From contig JAYZEG010000025.1 of NCBI GenBank assembly GCA_036337435.1, positions 1 to 53,248 of the forward strand: 53,248 nucleotides of DNA, given 5' to 3'. Below, one piece after another: positions 1 to 7,924 of the stretch. The notes below the pieces were generated by a model. That model was not told the DNA's origin, ran no database searches, and saw only the letters and a program-made list of their open reading frames with translations. The stretch's first letter is position 1. Every line of letters starts with the position of its first letter. A program made the position numbers and the translations under genes. Origin of the DNA: Myxococcota bacterium. Its GTDB lineage: Bacteria > Myxococcota_A > Bradymonadia > UBA7976 > UBA1532.

Positions 1-53
1 ACAACTCCGTTTTTATTGTGAACAAGCTTACCCTGCTGAGCAAGCAACACCAT

Positions 54-1259
54 TCAGGCATGCTTTGAAATGATTGTGACCATCAAAGCAATGGCTAAAA
101 TGAGGGTTCCGTTTAAAGTCATGCTGATCCAAAGGGCGGAACGCGTCCATTCTCTAAGCTGCAAATGGCCCGCATCATCATCACTCTGTTGCGCTAAGCC
201 TTCAGAGGGGATACCGAGTCTCGGAGACTCTAACTGGAAACTGAGGACATCATAAATATCAACTGAATCGTCAGATTGGGATGGCGCGTTTTCCTGAACG
301 CACGCAAGTGCGTGTTCCTGAAGTCTGAGAACTGGAATGTCTCGCAAAGTTGGCATTGAACGCTCAGTACTTGTGGCCTGCTCATTGAGCACTTCCAACA
401 ACTTCCTGAGCATCGACCGGGCATCGGGGAATCGGGCCTCAGGTTTTTTAGCCATCGCCAGCCGAATCGTTGATTCGAGTCCGGCTGGTACGGATAAATT
501 TCGTGGTAGCATCGGAACGGCTTCGTTTATATGTCGCTCCAGCATCATCCAGGCATTTGCAGCACGGTAGGGCGCATGACCCGACACCATTTCAAACAAG
601 ATCACGCCGAGGGCATAGAGATCTGCACTTGGCCCTACGGCGTGTCCCAAGCATTGCTCTGGGGCACAGTAGCCAGGCGTTCCGAGTGCTTGTGGATGAG
701 TAAACAGAGATTGCGCCGAGCGTTCATTGCGCAACGATGCAATCCCAAAATCAAGAATTTTGACCAAATCTTCGCCGGTTGAAGCACGCCCGACCATAAT
801 GTTAGCCGGTTTCAGATCTCGGTGAACCAATCCAATTTCGTGGGTTTCCACCAGTGCACGCAGAATTTGTTCAGCAATGTTGATTGCTCGAATTGGATCC
901 AGCGGCCCTTCGTTTCGTATCAATTCTGTGAGCTCTTGGCCGTTGACGTATTCAAGGACCATGAAAAGTTGACCGTTCATCTCCCCGTAATCGAACAAGG
1001 TCACAACGGACGGATGGCTGAGTCGAGCAAGAACTCTGGCCTCATGAAAAAAACGGACCCGATTATCGGGATCGGAACTGAGGTGCTTACTAATGAATTT
1101 CAGAGCGACTGTTCGGCCGACTGGATGTTGCAGTGCTCTGTAAACAGTTCCGTGTGCGCCTGCCCCAATCTGTTCTTGTAGCTCATATTTCCCATTGACC
1201 AATTCACCGAGACGCTCGCTCGTTCCCTGGTGTAATGTCCTATGGTCTGCCACCGGCAC
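54..1259 (-). CDS. Hanks-type Ser/Thr protein kinase with C-terminal membrane anchor
   Basis: Motifs IGAGAHGTVY, VALK, HRDLKPAN, DFG and GTPGYCAPE. Hydrophobic C-terminus (LNGTLILAIALMVTII). GGAGG RBS just upstream of the GTG start. Confidence 0.93.
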   Translation of the reverse strand: MPVADHRTLHQGTSERLGELVNGKYELQEQIGAGAHGTVYRALQHPVGRTVALKFISKHLSSDPDNRVRFFHEARVLARLSHPSVVTLFDYGEMNGQLFMVLEYVNGQELTELIRNEGPLDPIRAINIAEQILRALVETHEIGLVHRDLKPANIMVGRASTGEDLVKILDFGIASLRNERSAQSLFTHPQALGTPGYCAPEQCLGHAVGPSADLYALGVILFEMVSGHAPYRAANAWMMLERHINEAVPMLPRNLSVPAGLESTIRLAMAKKPEARFPDARSMLRKLLEVLNEQATSTERSMPTLRDIPVLRLQEHALACVQENAPSQSDDSVDIYDVLSFQLESPRLGIPSEGLAQQSDDDAGHLQLREWTRSALWISMTLNGTLILAIALMVTIISKHA

Positions 1260-1506
1260 CCTCCCATTTCTGTACGCACCGCTCCAAGGTCATCTCCGTG
1301 CATGTACACTTGACGGTATCCCGAGTGATTTCTGACACTGCACAACGATCGTCTATTACACCCCTTGTTTTAAGCTCGACGCGGCCGGTGCAAATGTCTC
1401 ACCGACCAGCACGACTCGCTTTGCTTAGTCTCGCTTTTTGCCCGTGAACGCTGCTTCACTGTGTCGATGTTGCCCTGTGATTAATATAAGTAATGATATT
1501 TATATT

Positions 1507-1541
1507 ATTCAACCGAACCGATGTAAATCAGCCGGTTGAAT
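1507..1541 (-). promoter_or_regulatory. Intergenic inverted repeat / RNA stem-loop upstream of the kinase gene
   Basis: Perfect 9-bp arms ATTCAACCG (1507-1515) and CGGTTGAAT (1533-1541). On the minus strand the stem extends to about 15 bp using two G.U pairs and one bulge. Confidence 0.45.
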
Positions 1542-1742
1542 GGTCCTGACAATCTTGTTTTCAAGTCCTAGTGTATTAATATTATTGACTTTTTGTTTTT
1601 GGGGACATGCCATTTAGGAAAGAGTGTTTTTTGAAAGATGATTTCATGTTCATAGCGGTGATTTGTCCGTGAATAAGAAGAGACAGACTCGGTTTGTGGT
1701 TCGACACAGTGCATCACCTAGCGTCGAAATCAACCGCTGCCA

Positions 1743-1762
1743 TTCTTGGTACTTCTTGGTAC
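1743..1762. repeat. Perfect 10-bp tandem direct repeat (TTCTTGGTAC x2)
   Basis: Copies read directly at 1743-1752 and 1753-1762 in the kinase-msrA intergenic region. Confidence 0.6.
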
Positions 1763-1827
1763 CGCTGACATTTTAATCCGATAAGCTCTCGTCCATTGCA
1801 TCTTGACATTCATCCCAAACATTCCGG

Positions 1828-1845
1828 TGTAACAGACCGGTTACA
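1828..1845. promoter_or_regulatory. Palindrome TGTAAC-N6-GTTACA, candidate transcription-factor site
   Basis: TGTAAC AGACCG GTTACA read directly. Same geometry as TyrR-type (TGTAAA-N6-TTTACA) and GacA-type (TGTAAG-N6-CTTACA) boxes. Confidence 0.35.
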
Positions 1846-1862
1846 GCAGCGCAGCTGGCTCA

Positions 1863-2549
1863 CTAATCGCGTTCATTTGCAGGCGTCCAAAGTATTTTGA
1901 GTCTTTGGTCTCGACCACATCCTTTCCGGTATCGTTTGTAGTGCCCAGGCTTTTTTAAATAAAAATTTTGGTGATACTCTTCGGCTGGATAGAAGCGAGT
2001 CGCGGCTTTTACTTCGGTCGTGATTTTCCCCTTAAATAGGGGGTTCCTTCCAAGTTCAGCAAAAGATGCCCTGGCAGAACGATTTTGTTCCGTGGTGTAT
2101 GTGTAGATGCCTGAGCGATACTGATCACCCCGGTCGCAGAATTGGCCATCCTGGCTCAAGGGATCGATATTGTTCCAAAACACGGTCAGTAGCTGCGAGT
2201 ATTTGACCAGCTTAGGGTCATAGAGAACCTGGACTGCCTCCGTATGACCGGTAAGACCCCGCGCGACCGCGAGGTAAGCCGGATTTGGCACGAAGCCATC
2301 CGTATACCCTGACGTTGTCTTTACGACACCCTTTACTTGGTCAAACGGTGGTTCCATGCACCAAAAACAACCTCCCGCAAAGAGAGCCACCTCCAGACCG
2401 GCTGGAACCCACGAGATGTCTGCGGCTGGCTTTGGAGAGTTGGGTTTGTTTTTCTGCTTTTCTGAGTTGGCGTTACATGCCGTACCAAGCACGAGAGATG
2501 TCACTACCGCAATGGTTAACAGTCGATTCATATGCCGCATATTGGTCAA
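1863..2549 (-). CDS. msrA: Peptide-methionine (S)-S-oxide reductase, exported (probable lipoprotein)
   Basis: FAGGCFWC active site plus GHTEAV, GQFCDRGDQYRS and AEEYHQNFY. N-terminal signal ends LVLGTAC. The true start may be one of the downstream Met codons. Confidence 0.95.
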   Translation of the reverse strand: MTNMRHMNRLLTIAVVTSLVLGTACNANSEKQKNKPNSPKPAADISWVPAGLEVALFAGGCFWCMEPPFDQVKGVVKTTSGYTDGFVPNPAYLAVARGLTGHTEAVQVLYDPKLVKYSQLLTVFWNNIDPLSQDGQFCDRGDQYRSGIYTYTTEQNRSARASFAELGRNPLFKGKITTEVKAATRFYPAEEYHQNFYLKKPGHYKRYRKGCGRDQRLKILWTPANERD

Positions 2550-2669
2550 TTACCTTTCATGAATATACTCTGCATAAACTATGGGCGATTGAGCCTCAAT
2601 AAGACAAGTGGTTGACCTGAGTGCGTACGAACTGTTGAATAGGGCTGCATTGGGCACGTCGGTCTGTCC

Positions 2670-3782
2670 ATGAACCAAGTTTGGAGTAGCAAAGTGCGTT
2701 GTTTTTTAACTGTTTGTTTAACTTTATCATTCCTTCCTGTTGTCAACGCACAAGAACCCGTCCGTGCCTGGCAGGGGAACCGGACGGTTGTTCAGAGCAA
2801 ACACTTGGTTCCGGTCATTAAGGATGGCGAAGGATACGGTGAGAAGTACACCTTCGATGCAAAGTTTGGGGAACGCGGGAGTTTCTATTTCTCAATGGCG
2901 ATTGCTAACTTGGGTATTGGTGATAAAAAAATGGAGGCTAAGGGTCGCTTAACACTCGACGGTAAGGTCATTCGATGGAAGCAAAAGCTAGCCGCTGGAG
3001 ATTGGTCATTTAATGCCAGTCCTTTCTCCATTACAGCCGGTAATGCGGAGTTGGCTGGCGAACCCAAGGAACTCAAATTTTCTGTGAAGGCGGAAGGGCA
3101 TGTTTTGACAGCCACGATGAAGGCTGTCGCACAGCCCTGGCGCCCCAGAAACGGCCAAGTTCTATTCGGGACATCACGAAAGGCAACAGATTTTACAATA
3201 TTCCCGCTAGGCAATGTTGAACTCACGCTCACCAAGCCGGATGGACAAACTGTCACGGCGAGCGGTATAGGCTATGGAGCGCGTTCTTGGAGTGAGATCG
3301 CAGTCTACGAGCAATCGCGGGCGAGTTTAGAGTTTCGGGGCATCGACGGAGATAAAACCATCTACATCCGAGAGATTATGCCGTCGAAAGAGTTTTCACA
3401 AAAACGCATCGCGTATCTCCTCATTACAAAGGGTAACCAGATCTTAGTTGAATCATTCGACTTTGAGCTTGATGTTCAAGACACCTACGTTGATTCAGAG
3501 CACCCCAATCGCTACCGAGTCCCTGTAAGTTTGGACATCATGGGCCAAGATGCCGAAGATAAGCAGCGCCTTGTCCGTGGTAAATTGGTCAAAAATAAAC
3601 TCCGTAAACGTAAAGATATCTTGGCATCCATGAATTCGATCGTTCGTATGGTGGCCAAGAGGTATAGCCAGCCAGTCAGCTATAGCTATGACACAGACTA
3701 TTTGTTTGAGGTGAAGCTTGGCGATACGGTTGAACGCCTCTCAGGCCTGGGGCGTTATGAATTTTACCATTGGAAAAAATAG
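2670..3782 (+). CDS. Secreted beta-rich hypothetical protein, possibly Svf1/AttH-like lipocalin double barrel
   Basis: 370-aa ORF with a signal peptide (…FLPVVNA|Q) and alternating beta-strand patterns. EKYTF…GSFYFSMAIANLG loosely resembles the Svf1-like N-terminus; the family call is tentative. Confidence 0.6.
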   Translation: MNQVWSSKVRCFLTVCLTLSFLPVVNAQEPVRAWQGNRTVVQSKHLVPVIKDGEGYGEKYTFDAKFGERGSFYFSMAIANLGIGDKKMEAKGRLTLDGKVIRWKQKLAAGDWSFNASPFSITAGNAELAGEPKELKFSVKAEGHVLTATMKAVAQPWRPRNGQVLFGTSRKATDFTIFPLGNVELTLTKPDGQTVTASGIGYGARSWSEIAVYEQSRASLEFRGIDGDKTIYIREIMPSKEFSQKRIAYLLITKGNQILVESFDFELDVQDTYVDSEHPNRYRVPVSLDIMGQDAEDKQRLVRGKLVKNKLRKRKDILASMNSIVRMVAKRYSQPVSYSYDTDYLFEVKLGDTVERLSGLGRYEFYHWKK

Positions 3783-3818
3783 GCTTGCCTGCCAACTGAG
3801 CGAAACCGATGCTAACTG

Positions 3819-4580
3819 ATGAACATGAATAAGCAGCACTGTCTTGCCAAAGAGCCGGACCGCCAGTTCAAGGGCCTCCGGCAGTTCAATTCCCCCGATG
3901 GACATAGAGTTTCCAATCGCCGAGACCGGATGAATCCTCACTGGATGCATTGGTTTCCCACGGACAGTGCAGTTGATCGCTTTGCGCGGGCTCTGTGTCA
4001 ACGCTGCGCCTTGGACATGAAGGAATTTTCCGAATCGTTTGAGTTTTTCACGCGCACCCGGCGAAAAATGCGTGCACCAGTCATCACCGATTTGTGCTGT
4101 GGGCACGGACTAACCGGTCTGTTGTTTGCAATTTTTGAACGCGAGGTTGAGCGAGTGCACCTGGTTGACCAGAAGTGCCCCCTCAGCTTTGAACGTATTT
4201 ATGACGCTGCACTAGAAGTGGCACCGTGGGTAAAACGGAAAGTCCAGTTTCACACAATGAGCATCAACCAGTATGTTCCAGAGCCATCGTCATCTCTTCT
4301 TGGGATTCATGCCTGCGGCTCTCGCACGGACCGGTGTATTGACCTTGCTATTGATTCGAAGACGTCGGTTGCCCTTATGCCCTGTTGCCATTCGTCTGTT
4401 TCCTATGGACCCAGACCACGCGCTTTCGATGAATCCTTGGGGATTCGATTGGCGATTGATATCGACCGTACTTATCGTCTCAAAAATAATGGGTTTGATG
4501 TCGATTGGAAGGCGATACCAAAGGTTGTGACGCCAATGAATCGAATCATAATCGCAAAACCGATGGGAGCCGACAAATGA
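3819..4580 (+). CDS. Class I SAM-dependent methyltransferase (Methyltransf_32-like)
   Basis: Motif I DLCCGHG, plus GIHACGSRTD and MPCC. The true start may be near 3930 (MNPHW). Its stop overlaps the gloB start (ATGA). Confidence 0.8.
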   Translation: MNMNKQHCLAKEPDRQFKGLRQFNSPDGHRVSNRRDRMNPHWMHWFPTDSAVDRFARALCQRCALDMKEFSESFEFFTRTRRKMRAPVITDLCCGHGLTGLLFAIFEREVERVHLVDQKCPLSFERIYDAALEVAPWVKRKVQFHTMSINQYVPEPSSSLLGIHACGSRTDRCIDLAIDSKTSVALMPCCHSSVSYGPRPRAFDESLGIRLAIDIDRTYRLKNNGFDVDWKAIPKVVTPMNRIIIAKPMGADK

Positions 4581-5437
4581 CAATGGGTCATGCTGTACAG
4601 ATTCCAAATGACCCTGTTTTAGTTTGCGATGGACGCCTCACTCTGCATCAGGTTCCGGCCGCAAGTGACAACTTAATCTGGCTGATTGTCTGCAATGAAA
4701 CGGGAGACTGTGCCGCAGTGGACGGCCCAGATGCCATGGCTGTGAGTGACTATTGCACTCGACATGGTCTGCGGCTGACGAAGATTTTGAACACGCACAC
4801 GCATCCAGACCATATCGGTATTAATCATGGTTTTAAGCGCTTGGGAATTCTGGGCACACTCCGTGTTTTTGGGAGCAGCTCACGACAAGATGAAATCCCT
4901 GGATTGACCGATCCCGTTGGGGAAGGAGACTGCCTCGATATCGGTAAGGTCCGTGGTCAGGTCTGGTTGACTGAGGGACATTTGGACGGACACATCTCGT
5001 TTCTCTTCGGAGACGTTCTGTTTTGTGGTGACACATTGTTTGCGGGTGGGTGCGGTTATCTATTCGATGGCCCAGCCCAAAAAATGTATGACTCTCTCAT
5101 GCGCTTCGCAACTCTAGACCCGAGCACACGAGTTTGCTGCGCCCATGAATACACTTTGGATAATCTGTTATTTGCACGCTCAGTCGAACCCAATAACGTA
5201 CACACGAGAGATAGGCTTAACAGTGTTAGGCGTTTGCGACGTGATGGCCGCTCAACAGTGCCATCGACCATAGGGATTGAGTTGTTGACCAACCCATTCT
5301 TAAGAGCACACTCTTCAGAGTTGAGGAGCAATGTCCTTGGTCCTAAAGACAATAATGCTAATGATTCCGAGGTCTTTGCTAAAACTCGTGAACTGAAAGA
5401 TCAAAAGGTTTATAAGACGCTAACTTTTGATGCATAG
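4577..5437 (+). CDS. gloB: Hydroxyacylglutathione hydrolase (glyoxalase II), metallo-beta-lactamase fold
   Basis: THTHPDH, GHLDGH, FCGDTLFAGGCG, CCAHEYT and NPFLR. ATG at 4577 overlaps the upstream TGA. Confidence 0.9.
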   Translation: MTMGHAVQIPNDPVLVCDGRLTLHQVPAASDNLIWLIVCNETGDCAAVDGPDAMAVSDYCTRHGLRLTKILNTHTHPDHIGINHGFKRLGILGTLRVFGSSSRQDEIPGLTDPVGEGDCLDIGKVRGQVWLTEGHLDGHISFLFGDVLFCGDTLFAGGCGYLFDGPAQKMYDSLMRFATLDPSTRVCCAHEYTLDNLLFARSVEPNNVHTRDRLNSVRRLRRDGRSTVPSTIGIELLTNPFLRAHSSELRSNVLGPKDNNANDSEVFAKTRELKDQKVYKTLTFDA

Positions 5438-5581
5438 CGTTGGTCAAAGGACGGAATACATTCAACGCGTTGACGGTTGTTTTTACACCCAATCAATGAA
5501 CACTCTGGCCGAGCTTGGGCAATCCAAGGTGTGCTCGGATTTGCCAAATAGAACCAAATTATTGACCCAAGGAAATTTTCA

Positions 5582-6622
5582 ATGCTTCGACACATTACGC
5601 TTTGTCTTGTACTGCTACACGCAAGTTCGTCATTTGCTAAAGAGACCTGTAATTCACTACCAACCTTGAAATCAAATGACATTGTAGCTCGTTATGCAGA
5701 TCAAGAGATTAAGCTATCTGAGATTGACGGCTTGCTCGCTGATAGTTTGTGTAAGGCAAAGATAGAATACGACAAGAAAGTAAACGAGCTGCGCAAAGAA
5801 CTCGTCGATGAACTTATTACGAGACGGCTGCTGGCATTGGAGGCGAAGAAACAAGGGAAGTCAGGAATCGATGAGTTGCTGATGGCCGAATTAAAGGCAA
5901 CTATGAAGGACCCTGATGAGGCTATGCTTAAAGCCGAATATGATCGGGTGAAAGATCGCTTGGAGGGGGTCACTTTCGACGCTGTGAAAGAGAAAATTCG
6001 CGAGTTTCTCACGCAGCAGGAGCGACAGAAGGCGACAATGGCTTATTTTGAAAAACTGAAGACCGTTCATAAAGTGTCGACAAACCTTCCGGTCTATCGG
6101 GTTAAAGTCAAAACCGACGGGCCGAGTAAAGGGCCCGCTGACGCTAAAGTTGTCATTTTAGAATTTGCCGATTTCGAATGTCCCTATTGCGTTCGCGGCA
6201 ATGATACCCTGAATGAACTTTTGAAGAAGTATCCCAAAGATGTTCGAGTTGTCTTCAAAGACTTCCCGCTGGATTTTCATCAAAATGCCGTGCCTGCTGC
6301 TGTCGGCGTAAGATGTGCTGGGACACAGCAGAAATATTGGCAAATGCACGCAAAAATGTTCGAAAATTATGACAGCTTAAGTCCCGAAAAAATCAATGAA
6401 CTTGCCGCCGGTATTGGTCTTGATATGAAGGCTTTTTCAACATGTATCGCTGACCCGAAGCATGCTGAAGGCGTGAAAGCAGATCAGGAGGAAGGAGCAT
6501 CGTACGGAGTGGAAGGAACGCCTGCATTCTTCGTCAACGGAATTCCACTGAGCGGTGCGCAGCCCCTGAGTGCATTTGCTGAACTGGTGGAAAAAGAGCT
6601 AAAGCGCCAAGCAAAGAAGTGA
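5582..6622 (+). CDS. Periplasmic DsbA/thioredoxin-fold oxidoreductase with N-terminal SurA/PrsA-like helical domain
   Basis: Signal peptide, helical N-terminal half, EFADFECPYC redox motif, FKDFPL and cis-Pro motif GTP. Confidence 0.88.
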   Translation: MLRHITLCLVLLHASSSFAKETCNSLPTLKSNDIVARYADQEIKLSEIDGLLADSLCKAKIEYDKKVNELRKELVDELITRRLLALEAKKQGKSGIDELLMAELKATMKDPDEAMLKAEYDRVKDRLEGVTFDAVKEKIREFLTQQERQKATMAYFEKLKTVHKVSTNLPVYRVKVKTDGPSKGPADAKVVILEFADFECPYCVRGNDTLNELLKKYPKDVRVVFKDFPLDFHQNAVPAAVGVRCAGTQQKYWQMHAKMFENYDSLSPEKINELAAGIGLDMKAFSTCIADPKHAEGVKADQEEGASYGVEGTPAFFVNGIPLSGAQPLSAFAELVEKELKRQAKK

Positions 6623-6623
6623 T

Positions 6624-6647
6624 GCTTGGCGCTTTAGGGCTAAGTTT
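6624..6647. terminator. Possible hairpin terminator between convergent genes
   Basis: GCTTGGC…GCTAAGT stem with G.U pairs followed by a short T run, in the 28-bp gap between two stop codons. Weak. Confidence 0.3.
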
Positions 6648-6650
6648 CCG

Positions 6651-7700
6651 TCAGCGGGATGCGATACGTGGAGCCCGACTCTGTCGTTGTACCGCGATAC
6701 GAGTTCTACCATTCCGCGCAACGCTGAAATCGGCAAAGCCACGTCTAGGGACTAACACTGAGCGAGTAATCACGCGACCATTCAGACGCTGAATTCTCAA
6801 TTCAGCGACACCTGATTCAAGGTTCGTGAATAATGCTGAAGAACCTGCCTCGAGCCATTGTGACTGTTGGTTGTCAACACTCACACGGACCGGCCGCCTC
6901 AAATTGTTTGAGATCCGCAAGCCGCTGCGTGTGACGCGTTGCGGCGTCCATATATTATTGCGCTCGGTGTTCAGGCGGAGCATCTGTCGACTCAATATCT
7001 GTCCTCGCTTCCGAAGTGCCAGGCTGTGAGTGCCAGGGGCTATCCGGGTAATTGTTACGGAACTACGAGCTGGAATCCGTTGAACCCGCTGACCGTTGAT
7101 GGTGAGTGCAACACGACGATCATACGGGTTATTTACAGTCAACTTTGCGAAAAAGGGCTTTACGTTGATCTGGGATTCACGACCAGCTGATATTCGTATA
7201 CGTTGCCGTTGTGGTGAGACCCGACCGCCAACTTGTGAGCGGTCGACCGGAAATGCCGTGACATCATAGATCCCCGGACGGAGTTTCCGCGATGTATACG
7301 TCTGACCCGGTCTGAGGCTTCCAACCCGACGCCCATTGAAACGAAGTCGAACCCGAGTCTCCGATCGATTTGTAATGCGTGCCGCCCCACGCAGGGCGTG
7401 TATTCGCATTTGTGCTTCGCCAGAAATGGGTACGCTTATTTTTTCGACGATGCCAGGGCCGCTTCCACGAACTCGGACAAGCCGTACGCCATTGGGGACA
7501 TGCTGAAAAGTCCTTTTGCTTTGGCCATAAACAACACCGACAAAACGCCCGTCAATTTTCACTCTTACCGATTGTTCTCGGCTATTCTTAATAGTTAACA
7601 GTCCATCGAGAGGTGATTTGGCCATGGCCAGCCCACTCAACAATAAACAGCTGGCCAGGGTTACAATTAATACGACAAATGTTCTAGTTGATGTCGCCAT
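6651..7700 (-). CDS. Secreted Arg-rich protein with four tandem PEGA-like beta-sandwich repeats
   Basis: AAGGAG RBS before ATG 7700 and a signal peptide. Repeats begin LTIKNS…VKIDG, ARITNR…LRFNG, LTVNNP…LTING and LRISNN…VSVDN. Confidence 0.75.
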   Translation of the reverse strand: MATSTRTFVVLIVTLASCLLLSGLAMAKSPLDGLLTIKNSREQSVRVKIDGRFVGVVYGQSKRTFQHVPNGVRLVRVRGSGPGIVEKISVPISGEAQMRIHALRGAARITNRSETRVRLRFNGRRVGSLRPGQTYTSRKLRPGIYDVTAFPVDRSQVGGRVSPQRQRIRISAGRESQINVKPFFAKLTVNNPYDRRVALTINGQRVQRIPARSSVTITRIAPGTHSLALRKRGQILSRQMLRLNTERNNIWTPQRVTRSGLRISNNLRRPVRVSVDNQQSQWLEAGSSALFTNLESGVAELRIQRLNGRVITRSVLVPRRGFADFSVARNGRTRIAVQRQSRAPRIASR

Positions 7701-7924
7701 GATATTCTCCTTTTCATTTTTTACACGAATCAAATTTCTGAACCGTGCTTACGGGACTCCCGACGGACAGTGTATGTCCCTATTCATTAATTTTTCCGTT
7801 GATGGTCAGCTCTGGAATCATGATGGGAAGAATGCCAATCTCAGCCAGTGCTTGCACCACTCCCCAGAGACTACTAACTTGGGGATATCATCAACACAGT
7901 TACTCGAGGCATACGGAAAGGCGG

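Noticed and set aside
1863..2549. Selenocysteine or stop-codon readthrough in msrA or other redox genes
   Set aside because: Active sites use ordinary Cys codons (GCFWC, CPYC), and no in-frame TGA interrupts a recognisable domain.
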